Origin: an uncultured Christensenella sp.
Lineage (GTDB): Bacteria > Bacillota > Clostridia > Christensenellales > UBA3700
DNA: 64,000 nucleotides
Direction: 5' to 3'
NCBI GenBank assembly: GCA_910584975.1
Contig: CAJUEA010000001.1
Span: forward strand, 58,714 to 122,713
Shown here: piece by piece, positions 46,320 through 56,707 of the stretch
Layout of the letters: the number at the start of each line of letters is the position of its first letter
Numbering within the stretch: the first letter of the stretch is position 1
Notes under the pieces: model-generated
The model's database searches: none
Seen by the model: the letters and a program-made list of their open reading frames with translations, nothing else
What the model was told of the DNA's origin: nothing
Program-made: the position numbers and the translations under genes

Positions 46320-46561
46320 TTAGTATCGATTTTTGAAAGGTTTTTGTCAAAAATTTTTGATTGTTTGATGTTGTGCAGACAAAAACAACATTAAAACAAC
46401 GCTTTATAAAGCAAAATTAAACACAATGTTTTATAGAAAATTAAAAATAGTTTACATAAAAAATGTGTTGTTTAAGCAGCATTTTGTACAAAAACATTTT
46501 ACAAATAGTTTTTCAAATATTTGTTTATAAGTTTAAGATAATTTTATTTAGGAGAATAAAA

Positions 46562-47998
46562 ATGGAAATAAGAACAAGATTTGCACCAAGTCCAACTGGT
46601 TTTATGCATGTTGGAAATTTAAGAACATGTCTTTATGGTTATCTTTTTGCAAAAAAAAATAATGGCAAATTTATTTTGAGAATAGAGGATACCGACCAAG
46701 AAAGATATGTGGAAGGTGCAGTTGAAATTATTTACAACACTTTGAAAAAAGCAGGAATTGAACACGACGAAGGTCCGGATAAGGATGGTGGAGTTGGTCC
46801 ATACATTCAAAGTGAAAGAAAGTCTCTTTATCTTGAGTATGCCAAAAAGTTGGTGGAACTGGGTGGAGCATACTATTGTTTTTGCGATAAGGAGAGATTG
46901 GATAGCTTAGCAGGAGAAAATGGCATTAAAAAATATGACAAGCATTGTTTGAACTTGTCAAAGGAAGAGGTGCAAGCAAAGCTTAATAGTGGTGTGCCAT
47001 ATGTTATCAGACAAAACATTCCAACTGAAGGTGTTTCTTCTTATGTGGATATGGTTTTTGGCGAAATCAGTGTGCCTAATTGTGATATGGAAGATGGCGT
47101 GCTTATCAAAAGTGATGGTATGCCAACTTACAACTTTGCAAATGTTGTGGATGACCATTTGATGAAAATTTCACATGTTATTCGTGGTATGGAGTATTTG
47201 TCTAGCACTCCAAAATACAACCTTATGTATGATGCATTTGGTTGGGAGCGCCCACAATATATGCATTTACCTCCTATTATGAGAGATGCAACACACAAAC
47301 TTTCAAAACGCCACGGCGATGCCAACTTTGAGGATTTTTTGGCAAAAGGATATTTGGTTCCTGCAATTGTCAATTACATTGCGCTTTTAGGTTGGGCACC
47401 ATCAGATAACAGAGAAAAAATGACAATGGCAGAGCTTATGGAGGCTTTTGATGTCAAAGGAATCAGCAAAAGTGGAAGTATTCTTGACGAGGCAAAAATG
47501 AAATGGCTAAACTCACAATATATCAAAGAGCTTAGCGAGGAAGAGTTTGTTGAACTTGCAAATCCATTTTTTGAGCTGAGCAAAGCTGCAAACAAATATG
47601 ATTACAAAAAACTGGCAAAATTGCTTATTCCTAGGGTGGAGATTTTGAGCGATATACCATCAAAAATTGATTTTCTTGAGGAGTTTGAAGGCTATGACTT
47701 AGAGCTTTACGAAAATAAGAAAAACAAAATGGACAAGCAGATTGCACTTGAAATTCTTGAAAAAAGCATTCCGGAATTTGAAGAAACAGACGATTTCAGT
47801 GAGGAAAATTTGCAAAATATCATTGCAAGAATTGTTGAGGAAGGAGGTTATAAGAAAGGTCAAGTTTATTTGACAATTCGTCTTGCTTTGACAGGTGCTC
47901 AAATGACTCCTGGTGGTGCAACTGAAATGGCTGATTTGCTTGGAAAAGCAGAAAGCGTAAGAAGGCTTAAATATAGTTTTGAGCGTTTGAAAGGTTGA
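46562..47998 (+). CDS. gltX: Glutamate--tRNA ligase
   Basis: Start at MEIRTRFAPSPTGFMHVGNLRT (RBS AGGAG upstream). KLSKR motif. Confidence 0.95.
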   Translation: MEIRTRFAPSPTGFMHVGNLRTCLYGYLFAKKNNGKFILRIEDTDQERYVEGAVEIIYNTLKKAGIEHDEGPDKDGGVGPYIQSERKSLYLEYAKKLVELGGAYYCFCDKERLDSLAGENGIKKYDKHCLNLSKEEVQAKLNSGVPYVIRQNIPTEGVSSYVDMVFGEISVPNCDMEDGVLIKSDGMPTYNFANVVDDHLMKISHVIRGMEYLSSTPKYNLMYDAFGWERPQYMHLPPIMRDATHKLSKRHGDANFEDFLAKGYLVPAIVNYIALLGWAPSDNREKMTMAELMEAFDVKGISKSGSILDEAKMKWLNSQYIKELSEEEFVELANPFFELSKAANKYDYKKLAKLLIPRVEILSDIPSKIDFLEEFEGYDLELYENKKNKMDKQIALEILEKSIPEFEETDDFSEENLQNIIARIVEEGGYKKGQVYLTIRLALTGAQMTPGGATEMADLLGKAESVRRLKYSFERLKG

Positions 47999-48000
47999 GT

Positions 48001-48414
48001 ATGAAAGGATATTTACCTATTGCAAAAGAATATTTGACACAAAAAGAGATATTGGAACTTAATCCTCTTGTGCTTGCTTTTGTTGGCGATAGCGTGCAAC
48101 AGCTTATGGTGAGAACAAAGCTTTCTTGCACTTCAACGGCAAAAGCAGGGGAATTGCACAAATTGCAATCAGCGCAAATTAAAGCGTCAGCACAGGCAAA
48201 ATATATGGATGACATTATGTCTGCTTTGAGTGAGGAAGAAATTGCAGTTTTCAAAAGAGCAAGAAACACTCATATGAACACAATGGCAAAGCATGCCAGT
48301 GTGGCAGACTATAAAAAAGCGAGTGGTTTTGAGGCTGTGATTGGGTATTTGTATCTTTTAGGAGAAAATGAGCGATTGGAAGAATTGTTTGATATTATTG
48401 AAAAAGCTCAATGA
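48001..48414 (+). CDS. mrnC: Mini-ribonuclease III
   Basis: ~137 aa. LAFVGDSVQQLMVR and FEAVIGYLYL are typical. The position after gltX is common in Bacillota. Confidence 0.8.
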   Translation: MKGYLPIAKEYLTQKEILELNPLVLAFVGDSVQQLMVRTKLSCTSTAKAGELHKLQSAQIKASAQAKYMDDIMSALSEEEIAVFKRARNTHMNTMAKHASVADYKKASGFEAVIGYLYLLGENERLEELFDIIEKAQ

Positions 48415-48465
48415 ATAATTGGCAGATATTGTCAAAATTATAACAACAAATAAAAAGGAGTAGAT

Positions 48466-49296
48466 ATGAGTAAGGCTGATGAAATTTTTGTTCAAAATAT
48501 GAAAGATATTATGGATAATGGTGTTTGGGACACAAATTTGCCAGTACGCCCAAAATGGAGTGATGGCACCCCAGCGCACACAGTGAAAAAGTTTGGTATA
48601 GTAAACAGGTATAATTTGAATGAGGAATTTCCTATTTTGACAATAAGAAAAACTTTTTTCAAGTCTTGCGTTGATGAACTTTTGTGGATATGGCAAAAGA
48701 AAAGTAACAATATAAAAGATTTAAACTCAAAAATTTGGAATCAATGGGCAGATGAAAATGGCTCTATTGGTAAGGCATATGGTTATCAATTGGGCGTAAA
48801 ACATATTTATCGCGAAGGGGAGTTTGACCAAGTTGACAGAGTGCTTTTTGATTTAAAAAACAATCCATCTAGTCGCAGAATTATGACAAATATATACAAT
48901 TTTGCAGATTTACACGAAATGAATTTGTATCCTTGTGCTTATTCAATGACTTTCAATGTTTCTGGCGATACATTAAATGGAATTTTAAATCAGCGTTCAA
49001 ATGATATGCTTACAGCAAACAACTGGAATGTTGTTCAATATGCAATTTTACTTATTATGTTTGCACAAGTATCAGGACTTAAGGTGGGCGAACTTGTTCA
49101 TGTCATTGCAGATGCACATATTTATGACAGGCATATTCCTATGGTAAAAGAGATTATTGCTCAAAAACAATTTGCTGCTCCAAAGCTTGAAGTTGACAAG
49201 AGCATTAAAAACTTTTATGATTTTACTGTGGATAGTTTTAAACTGGTTGATTATCAGTGCAACGACAAAAAATATGACATACCAGTGGCAGAATAA
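48466..49296 (+). CDS. thyA: Thymidylate synthase (ThyA)
   Basis: 276 aa. SRRIMT, LYPCAYSMTF and NQRSNDM motifs. Followed by folA. Confidence 0.9.
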   Translation: MSKADEIFVQNMKDIMDNGVWDTNLPVRPKWSDGTPAHTVKKFGIVNRYNLNEEFPILTIRKTFFKSCVDELLWIWQKKSNNIKDLNSKIWNQWADENGSIGKAYGYQLGVKHIYREGEFDQVDRVLFDLKNNPSSRRIMTNIYNFADLHEMNLYPCAYSMTFNVSGDTLNGILNQRSNDMLTANNWNVVQYAILLIMFAQVSGLKVGELVHVIADAHIYDRHIPMVKEIIAQKQFAAPKLEVDKSIKNFYDFTVDSFKLVDYQCNDKKYDIPVAE

Positions 49297-49305
49297 GGAT
49301 ACAAT

Positions 49306-49806
49306 ATGAAAGCAATTTTACACGCAGATTTGGAATGGGGAATTGGAAAAAACAATGATTTAATGTTTTCCATTCCGGCAGATATGAAATTTTTTAGAGA
49401 GACAACTTTAAATAAAGTTGTTGTAATGGGGAATAATACGCTAAAATCTTTCCCAAATGGGGCACCACTTAAAAACAGGATAAACATTGTACTATCTCGC
49501 AGTGCTAGCCATAATGATTGTGTTGTGGTTAAGTCACTAGAGGCGCTGTTTGCAGAACTTCAAAAATATGATACCAACGATGTTTATGTTATTGGTGGTG
49601 CAAGTATATACAAGGCGTTACTTCCTTATTGCAGTGAAGTTTTGGTAACAAAGGTTGATGCAATTGGTGGGGCAGATACTTTTTTTGAAAATCTTGACAA
49701 CAACAAAGATTATCAATTGATTTATCAAAGTGAGCCAGTTGAGACAAATGGATATAAAATAATATTCACCACTTACAAAAACACAAATTTAAAGCAAATT
49801 GGTTGA
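49306..49806 (+). CDS. folA: Dihydrofolate reductase
   Basis: 166 aa. GIGKNNDL, VVMGNNTLKS and VIGGASIY motifs. Confidence 0.9.
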   Translation: MKAILHADLEWGIGKNNDLMFSIPADMKFFRETTLNKVVVMGNNTLKSFPNGAPLKNRINIVLSRSASHNDCVVVKSLEALFAELQKYDTNDVYVIGGASIYKALLPYCSEVLVTKVDAIGGADTFFENLDNNKDYQLIYQSEPVETNGYKIIFTTYKNTNLKQIG

Positions 49807-49894
49807 GCAAAAGAGGTTAGTGTTGTGATTAACATTAAAAATATCACAAAGTACTTGCAAAGAAGAAAACCCGTGGTGGAAAAGGTAGTTTATT

Positions 49895-50617
49895 ATGATT
49901 ATTGAAGGCAAAAATGCCGTTAAAGAGGCGATAAAAAGTGGCGTTGCAATATCCGAGCTTAAAGTGCAAAAAGGTATTCACGACAATGAAAACTTGGTTG
50001 GACTTGCAAAGGAAAAAGGCGTTAGATTTGTATTTTGCGACAAAGTTGTGCTTGACAAAATGAGCGAAACAAAAAGACATCAAGGCTACATTGCTATTGC
50101 TGATGACTTCAAGTATTCCACAATCAGTCAAATGAAAGAGCTTGCAAAAAGCAAGGGAGAAAAACTTTTTTTGTTTATTCTTGACGGAGTGGAAGACCCT
50201 CATAATGTGGGCAGTATTTTAAGAGTTGCAGAGTGCAGTGGTGCTCATGGCGTTATCATCCCAAAACACAGGGCTTGTATGGTTACTGAAACAGTTGTTA
50301 AAGTTTCCAGTGGAGCAAGCAACTATGTTAAAGTTGCAATGGTAACAAATATCAATGACGCTATCCGTGAGCTTAAAGAAGATTTTGTAAAAGTGCTGTG
50401 TGCAGAGGCAGATGGAGACACAATGTATAATGTGGATATGAAAGACGATGTGGCTTTGGTTATCGGCAGTGAAGGCAAAGGCGTTAAAACTTTGACTAGA
50501 AAATTGTGCGATCAAGCAATCAGTATTCCGATGAAAGGCAATATAAATTCGCTTAATGCATCTGTTGCAACAGGCATTGTGGCTTTTGAGGTGTTGAGAC
50601 AAAGAAATTTCAAATAA
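49895..50617 (+). CDS. rlmB: SpoU/TrmH-family 23S rRNA 2'-O-methyltransferase (RlmB-like)
   Basis: 240 aa. LDGVEDPHNVGSILRVAECSGAHGVI, LVIGSEGKGV and SLNASVATGI motifs. Confidence 0.8.
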   Translation: MIIEGKNAVKEAIKSGVAISELKVQKGIHDNENLVGLAKEKGVRFVFCDKVVLDKMSETKRHQGYIAIADDFKYSTISQMKELAKSKGEKLFLFILDGVEDPHNVGSILRVAECSGAHGVIIPKHRACMVTETVVKVSSGASNYVKVAMVTNINDAIRELKEDFVKVLCAEADGDTMYNVDMKDDVALVIGSEGKGVKTLTRKLCDQAISIPMKGNINSLNASVATGIVAFEVLRQRNFK

Positions 50618-50774
50618 CCTTTCAAAAATCGTGGGTAAATTGATTTTTTTGCTGAAAAAGTGTAAAAATATTGAGAAAAATAAAAAAATATGCAAATTAT
50701 AAGTTCAATTATGAGGAAAGAAAATTTGCTTGCATATTAATAAAGCATATTAAACAACTAGGAGAGGGGCAATT

Positions 50775-51464
50775 ATGAAAATTTTAGTTGTAGAGCAGGA
50801 TGAAACAAAAAGCAACAGGCTTTGTGTAATCTGTGAAGAGTTGAAAGGCAGTTGCGATCAAGCATTTGATTTGGACAGAGGACTTGAACTTGCAACAGCA
50901 AACAAATATGATATGATTTTGGTTGGGCATTATGGTGCAAAGTCTGCAACAAAAAATATGGTTACAAACCTTAGATTGGAGTGTGGTGTGCCACTTATTG
51001 TTTTGTCTGAAGATAATGATGTCGCATCAAAAATTGAGCTTTTAAATAGTGGTGCAGATAGTTTTTTAACCAGCGATTTCACTGATGAAGAGTTGCTTGC
51101 CGTAATCAAGTCTGTTTTGAGGCGTTATTACAAGGATTTTGGAGTGAATCTTTATGAATTTAAAAGTTTGCAAGTAAATTTCTTTGAGCGCAGTGTGAAA
51201 ATTAACGGCGAAGATGTTCAAATTGTGGCAAAGATGTATGATTTGTTTGAGTATTTAATCCGAAATAAAGAAATCATTTTGTCAAAAAACACTTTGTTCA
51301 ACAGAGTGTGGGGATTTGAGAGCGAAACAACTTTTTCTGTGGTTGAAGTTTACATCAGCAAACTTAGAAAGTTGCTAGAAAAAGGCGAACTTGCAGGACA
51401 ACTTTTGACAATAAAAAATGCAGGCTATTGCTGGACGGAAAAAGATACATCGGCTAATATTTAA
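50775..51464 (+). CDS. OmpR/PhoB-type winged-helix regulator with degenerate (Asp-less) receiver domain
   Basis: Receiver fold, but the phospho-acceptor position reads YDMILVG (Gly) and the conserved Lys position reads FLTSDF (Ser). C-terminal wHTH (VYISKLRKLLE, IKNAGYCW). No kinase gene is adjacent. Confidence 0.7.
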   Translation: MKILVVEQDETKSNRLCVICEELKGSCDQAFDLDRGLELATANKYDMILVGHYGAKSATKNMVTNLRLECGVPLIVLSEDNDVASKIELLNSGADSFLTSDFTDEELLAVIKSVLRRYYKDFGVNLYEFKSLQVNFFERSVKINGEDVQIVAKMYDLFEYLIRNKEIILSKNTLFNRVWGFESETTFSVVEVYISKLRKLLEKGELAGQLLTIKNAGYCWTEKDTSANI

Positions 51465-51511
51465 CTGCAATTTACTACAGATATTTAAACTAACAATTAA
51501 AAGGATATAAT

Positions 51512-53347
51512 ATGATTTTTTATTATAACAGCAGAGATTTAAAGTACAAAAAACCTTTTGGTGCAGTTTCCTGTGGCAAACAAATTGATTTTAGGTTTGA
51601 GGCAAAAGATGGAATTTTTGTGGAAAGTGTTTATTTGGTGCTTACAAAAGATGGCGAGCAAGATGTTTATTATCAAATGAATTATGGCGAAAAAGAAGGG
51701 GGAGTTTCTGTTTTTGATTTGTCATTAAAGATTGATGATGCAGGGCTTTATTGGTATAAATTTGTCACAAACACAGAGCTTGGCAGCTTTGAATTTGGCA
51801 AAAACAAATATGGTGAACTTTTGCAAAATGGCGAGGCTTATCAGCTGACTATTTATGACGGCGAGTTTGCTCCTATTCGTCAAAGTGGTGGCGTTGTTTA
51901 TCAAATTTTTGTGGATAGATTTAACAAAGGCGAGGATAAAGATTGCGTTTGGAACAAAGATGGTGTGCTGAAAAACTGGAATGAAGATGTTACAATTATT
52001 GATAGTGACGGAGTTTTTCGCGCAAATGATTTTTTTGGAGGCAATTTCAAAGGTATTGAAGATAAGCTTGACTATTTGAAAGATTTGGGCGTTACTATGC
52101 TTTATCTTTCTCCAATTTTCAAGTCAAGCTCAAACCATAGGTATGACACTGGCGATTATATGTGCATTGACGAATTGCTTGGCAGTGAAAATTCTTTTTC
52201 CAGATTGATTGCAAGTGCAAAACAAAAGGGCATTGGCATAATGCTAGACGGAGTTTTCAATCACACAGGTAGTGATAGCAAGTATTTCAACAAGTACGGG
52301 AAGTATGATTCTTTTGGTGCATATCAAGGTATAAAATCTCCATATTATGATTGGTATTATTTCATCAATTATCCCAATGAGTATGGTTGTTGGTGGGGGA
52401 TAACAGTAACTCCAACAGTAAACAAAAAATGCGAAAGTTACAGGCAGTTTATTTTAGGCGAAAATGGCGTGCTTGACAAATGGACAAAGTTTGGACTAGC
52501 AGGTTGGCGTCTTGATGTTGTGGACGAATTGGATATTGAATTTGTAAATGACATAAGAAAAACCGTGAAAAAAGTGGATAAAAATGCTTATATCATTGGT
52601 GAGGTGTGGGAAGATGCCTCTTCAAAAATAGCATACAGCGAAAGACGACCTTATTTTCAAGGCAAACAGCTGGACGGCGTTATGAATTATCCTTTCAAAA
52701 ATGCAATTATTGAGTATGTTTGGAATAAGGATATAAATATTTTTATCAATAATATAATGTCAATTTACGAAAATTACCCACTTTGTGCTTTAAATTCTTG
52801 TATGAACTTTTTGGGTACTCACGATACCGTAAGGGCAATTAATACAATGTGTGATTTTGACATTTCAAACACCTCAAAAGAGGATAGGTTACATATTAGA
52901 TTGCCTAAGGATAAAAAACAAGCTGCAAAAGCAAGGCTAAAGCTTGCAACAGCAATTTTGTACGCATTGCCGGGATTGCCAACAATTTTTTATGGCGACG
53001 AAGTTGGACTTGAGGGGTATGAAGACCCAATCAATCGCAGACCATTCCCTTGGGACAATATGGATACAGAGTTGCTTTCACATTACAAGTCGTTGGGCAC
53101 ACTTCGCAAAAAGTACAAAAAAGCTTTTAGTGGGACAATGGAAATTTTTGCAGATAAGGGCTTGTTACACATTATACGAAAAAGTACAGATTATTCACAA
53201 AATATACAATTTATATTCAATAATAGTGGCGAAAAAAAGTGTGTTATGCTTAAAAATGAAATAAATTGTCTAGATAACAAGGCAATTGACGGCGAAGTAA
53301 GCCTTGAAAATGGCGAATTTATTGCAATAAAACAGAAAAATGTATAA
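51512..53347 (+). CDS. GH13 alpha-amylase-family hydrolase (neopullulanase/cyclomaltodextrinase-like)
   Basis: 611 aa. Conserved regions DGVFNHTG, GWRLDVVDE, GEVWED, FLGTHD. Confidence 0.85.
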   Translation: MIFYYNSRDLKYKKPFGAVSCGKQIDFRFEAKDGIFVESVYLVLTKDGEQDVYYQMNYGEKEGGVSVFDLSLKIDDAGLYWYKFVTNTELGSFEFGKNKYGELLQNGEAYQLTIYDGEFAPIRQSGGVVYQIFVDRFNKGEDKDCVWNKDGVLKNWNEDVTIIDSDGVFRANDFFGGNFKGIEDKLDYLKDLGVTMLYLSPIFKSSSNHRYDTGDYMCIDELLGSENSFSRLIASAKQKGIGIMLDGVFNHTGSDSKYFNKYGKYDSFGAYQGIKSPYYDWYYFINYPNEYGCWWGITVTPTVNKKCESYRQFILGENGVLDKWTKFGLAGWRLDVVDELDIEFVNDIRKTVKKVDKNAYIIGEVWEDASSKIAYSERRPYFQGKQLDGVMNYPFKNAIIEYVWNKDINIFINNIMSIYENYPLCALNSCMNFLGTHDTVRAINTMCDFDISNTSKEDRLHIRLPKDKKQAAKARLKLATAILYALPGLPTIFYGDEVGLEGYEDPINRRPFPWDNMDTELLSHYKSLGTLRKKYKKAFSGTMEIFADKGLLHIIRKSTDYSQNIQFIFNNSGEKKCVMLKNEINCLDNKAIDGEVSLENGEFIAIKQKNV

Positions 53348-53507
53348 AATTAATTCAAAATGTATAGATTATGCATAAACTTGGCAATTTTTGAATAAAA
53401 TTTTAAAAATATACAAAAAATATGCAACAAATCGCTTGCTTTTTGCATAAAGTAGTGATAGAATATAAACACAAAACAAGAAAATTAAAATAAAAGAGGA
53501 CATAAAA

Positions 53508-54362
53508 ATGAAAAAATTTAAATCATTATTTATTTCAGTTATGGTACTTGTTACAGCCGTTGTTGCTACTACAATACTAGCTGGCTGTACAAAATACGAA
53601 TTTACTAAGGCAGTTGCTTTAAGAGCAGAGGATCAAGAATTGGAAGAATATGCATTTGCTGTAAAAAAGGGTAACACTGCAATGATTGACAAACTAAATG
53701 CATTTTTCAGCCTTGACTCAACAAAACAATTGATTGATAAATCTTTAGAGTATCACACTGGTGTAACTCAAGAAAAACCAATCACAGCAAGTGTACTTAA
53801 TGACAATACTGGTGCTGAAATCACAATGGTAACAGAGGCTGGATTTGCTCCATATGAGTATGAAGGTGGTGGCGAAGGTGCTGTAAATCAAGTTATTGGT
53901 GTTGATGTTGACCTTATGATTGCTTTTGCAGAGGCAAACAATTTTAAACTTAAATTAAAAAATACAGAGTTTAAATCAGTTATTCCAGAAGTTGCTGGCA
54001 ACGATATGTACATTGGTGCTGCTGGTATAACAGTTACTGAGGAAAGAAAAGAGCAAGTTGATTTTGCTAATCCATATATCAAAACTATTCAATATATTAT
54101 TTCAGATGAAGCTAACAGCTACAAAACTATTGACCAACTTGCAGGACTAAAAGTAGGTTTCCAAGCATCAACTACTGGTCAATTTGTTGTAGAAGATTTC
54201 AACAAAGCTATTGAAGAAGGCGAAATTGATGCTAAGGCAATTGCTGAAAAATCATATGATAAAGTTATGGCTGCGTATCAAGATTTAAAGAATGGTAAAA
54301 TTGCAGCTATCGTTATTGATGAATATGTTGCAAAAGGTTTGGTTGAAAACGATAAAAAATAA
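53508..54362 (+). CDS. Amino-acid ABC transporter substrate-binding lipoprotein (family 3), apparently circularly permuted
   Basis: Lipobox LAGC. The canonical C-terminal segment (EEYAFAVKKGNTAMIDKLNAFF) comes first. The canonical N-terminal part (ITMVTEAGFAPYEYE, VIGVDVDLMIAFAE, GITVTEERK) follows. Confidence 0.75.
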   Translation: MKKFKSLFISVMVLVTAVVATTILAGCTKYEFTKAVALRAEDQELEEYAFAVKKGNTAMIDKLNAFFSLDSTKQLIDKSLEYHTGVTQEKPITASVLNDNTGAEITMVTEAGFAPYEYEGGGEGAVNQVIGVDVDLMIAFAEANNFKLKLKNTEFKSVIPEVAGNDMYIGAAGITVTEERKEQVDFANPYIKTIQYIISDEANSYKTIDQLAGLKVGFQASTTGQFVVEDFNKAIEEGEIDAKAIAEKSYDKVMAAYQDLKNGKIAAIVIDEYVAKGLVENDKK

Positions 54363-54370
54363 GAGGTTCT

Positions 54371-55072
54371 ATGAATACAATTCTGTTGTGTAATATTATT
54401 GATGACTTTAAAACAGTCTTTTTAGAAAATAACAGATGGATGACTTATTTGCAGGGCATGGCTAACACAATAGTCATGTCCCTTCTAGCCGTTTGTATAG
54501 GTATTGTCATTGGTTTAATGATAGCTGTTGTTAAAAATATACATATGAATACAGGCAAATTGCTAATTCTTAACAAAATTTGCAGTGCCTATGTTGCAAT
54601 AATCCGTGGTATCCCAATGATGTTGCAGTTATACATTATGTATTTTGTAATTTTGACATTTGATGCTCCTATTGTTGTTGCCTCCATCGCTTTTGGTGTG
54701 AATAGTGGTGCTTATGTTGCCGAAATTTTCCGTGCAGGAATTATGTCTGTTGACAAAGGACAAATGGAGGCAGGCAGGTCACTTGGTATGTCTTATGGAA
54801 AAACAATGGCAAAAGTAATTGTTCCACAAGCACTAAGAAATGCCATTCCACCACTTGGAAATGAGTTTATTGCCTTAATCAAAGAAACTGCGATTGTTGG
54901 TTCAATCGGTATTCTTGATTTGACAAAAGCGGCAAACAACATAACTGGTTCAACATTCCAATTCTTTATGCCATTGATAATCGCAACAGTATTTTATTTG
55001 GTGTTAGTTTTGGCGTTGACAAAACTTATGAAATTTGTAGAAAGGAGGTTATCAAGAAGTGATAAGCGTTAA
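54371..55072 (+). CDS. Amino-acid ABC transporter permease
   Basis: 233 aa, polytopic. EAA region [30 protein letters not shown]. Confidence 0.85.
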   Translation: MNTILLCNIIDDFKTVFLENNRWMTYLQGMANTIVMSLLAVCIGIVIGLMIAVVKNIHMNTGKLLILNKICSAYVAIIRGIPMMLQLYIMYFVILTFDAPIVVASIAFGVNSGAYVAEIFRAGIMSVDKGQMEAGRSLGMSYGKTMAKVIVPQALRNAIPPLGNEFIALIKETAIVGSIGILDLTKAANNITGSTFQFFMPLIIATVFYLVLVLALTKLMKFVERRLSRSDKR

Positions 55073-56102
55073 AAATTTACACAAACATTTTGGTAGCCTT
55101 GTTGTTTTAGATGGCATTGACATTGACATTAAAAAAGGCGAAAAAGTTGCCGTAATCGGTCCATCAGGCAGTGGTAAATCAACATTTTTAAGATGTTTGA
55201 ATTTGCTTGAAAAGCCAACTATCGGACATTTGTATTTTAAAGGAGATGAGATTACTTTTTATCCTAGACTTTTTGAAATTACAAAGAAATATCACAATTT
55301 TAAAATCAAAAACTTTGACAAAAAAATTGGCAAAATGACACAAAAGTCTGAATTTTTGAAAAAACAAGATGAAGAATTGAATGCACAAAAAATTTCTGCT
55401 TTGAACAATAAAATCACTGCAAAAGTAGTTTTGCGTGGTGAATTGCAAAGACAGCTTGATTTCAATCTTGAAATTTATGGCGACCAAAAGGATAAGTCAA
55501 ATAAAGTTAAAATTGTCAAACCAAATGAAGATTTGGTGAGAAAAAATATGGGAATGGTATTTCAACATTTCAATCTTTTCCCTCATATGACTGTTATGCA
55601 AAACATCACTTTTGCGCCTCTTGAATATCTAAAGTTTGAAATCAAACAAAAAATTGCAAACAAAGAGCTTTCAAAAGATGCAAAAGCAGAGTACAAAAAA
55701 ATTAGAAAGCAAGAAATTGAAAGCAATGCAAAAGAGCTACTTGAGAGAATTGGACTTGAGGAAAAAGCAAATGCTTATCCAAACACATTGTCAGGCGGAC
55801 AAAAACAAAGAATTGCCATTGTAAGAGCACTTGCAATGAAACCAGAAGTTATGTTGTTTGACGAGCCAACTTCAGCCTTAGACCCTGAAATGGTTGGAGA
55901 AGTTTTGGAACTTATTAAGCAACTTGCCGATGAAGGTATGACAATGGTTATTGTTACTCACGAAATGGGCTTTGCAAAAGAAGTGGCAACAAGAGTGCTG
56001 TTTATGGATGGTGGAAAAATTGTTGAGGATAACACTCCTATTGAAATTTTTGATAATCCACAAAATGAAAGACTAAAAACATTCCTTTCAAAAGTGCTTT
56101 AA
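55059..56102 (+). CDS. Amino-acid ABC transporter ATPase (GlnQ-like) with large insertions
   Basis: Walker [10 protein letters not shown], signature LSGGQKQR, Walker B MLFDEP. A ~100-aa Lys-rich insertion precedes [13 protein letters not shown], and a second insertion follows the Q-loop. Confidence 0.85.
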   Translation: MISVKNLHKHFGSLVVLDGIDIDIKKGEKVAVIGPSGSGKSTFLRCLNLLEKPTIGHLYFKGDEITFYPRLFEITKKYHNFKIKNFDKKIGKMTQKSEFLKKQDEELNAQKISALNNKITAKVVLRGELQRQLDFNLEIYGDQKDKSNKVKIVKPNEDLVRKNMGMVFQHFNLFPHMTVMQNITFAPLEYLKFEIKQKIANKELSKDAKAEYKKIRKQEIESNAKELLERIGLEEKANAYPNTLSGGQKQRIAIVRALAMKPEVMLFDEPTSALDPEMVGEVLELIKQLADEGMTMVIVTHEMGFAKEVATRVLFMDGGKIVEDNTPIEIFDNPQNERLKTFLSKVL

Positions 56103-56335
56103 AATGTTATATAATATCTATTGCAAAAGATATTTTTGTAAACAAATATCTATACATAAAATCAAACAAAATCGTAAATAACCCGTCAAAAATCGGTATT
56201 ATTTGCGATTTTTTGTTGTTTAAAGTGTAGCATTTGATAGTTCTTTGTACAAATAACATTAGGAACTGAACATTAAACAAATATAAGTTGCTGTGCAAGA
56301 AAAAAATGTTGATTTGGTGTTGTGATAATCATAGC

Positions 56336-56452
56336 CATTCCCCTCCCTCGCAAAAAAGCTATTTAGCGAGGGCTCATATTCGCTAAGATGACATAGCCAA
56401 TGTATTATGAGCATAGTGTAACGCAGTCGAACAATCTCGGACTGATTGCTAA
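56336..56452. repeat. Cluster 5 of the REP-like repeat family (diverged copies)
   Basis: CCCTCCCTCGCAAAAAAGCTATTTAGCGAGGGCTC..GCTAAGATGAC and GAGCATAGTGTAACGCAGTCGAACAATCTCGG. Confidence 0.6.
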
Positions 56453-56707
56453 GTAAGATTAATTATAATGCTTATACTATTTGCAAAACATTTCAAATTT
56501 TGAATTTGATATTTGATAATAAAAAAGTTAAAATATGATTTGTTTTGTGATTAAGCAAAAAAATTGCAAAAATGCAAAAAAACATTAATTTTTATGAAAT
56601 AAGAAAAAACTATTTACATATTTTGTGTTTAGTGCTATAATACAACATATATGCGTTCTTTAATGCGTGTGTAATAAAGAAAAAACTTTGCAGAGTAATT
56701 GAAAAAT

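Noticed and set aside
46320-46561. T-box leader upstream of gltX
   Set aside because: No T-box sequence (GGTGGTACC-like), specifier loop or terminator/antiterminator pair could be found. The region is plain AT-rich spacer.
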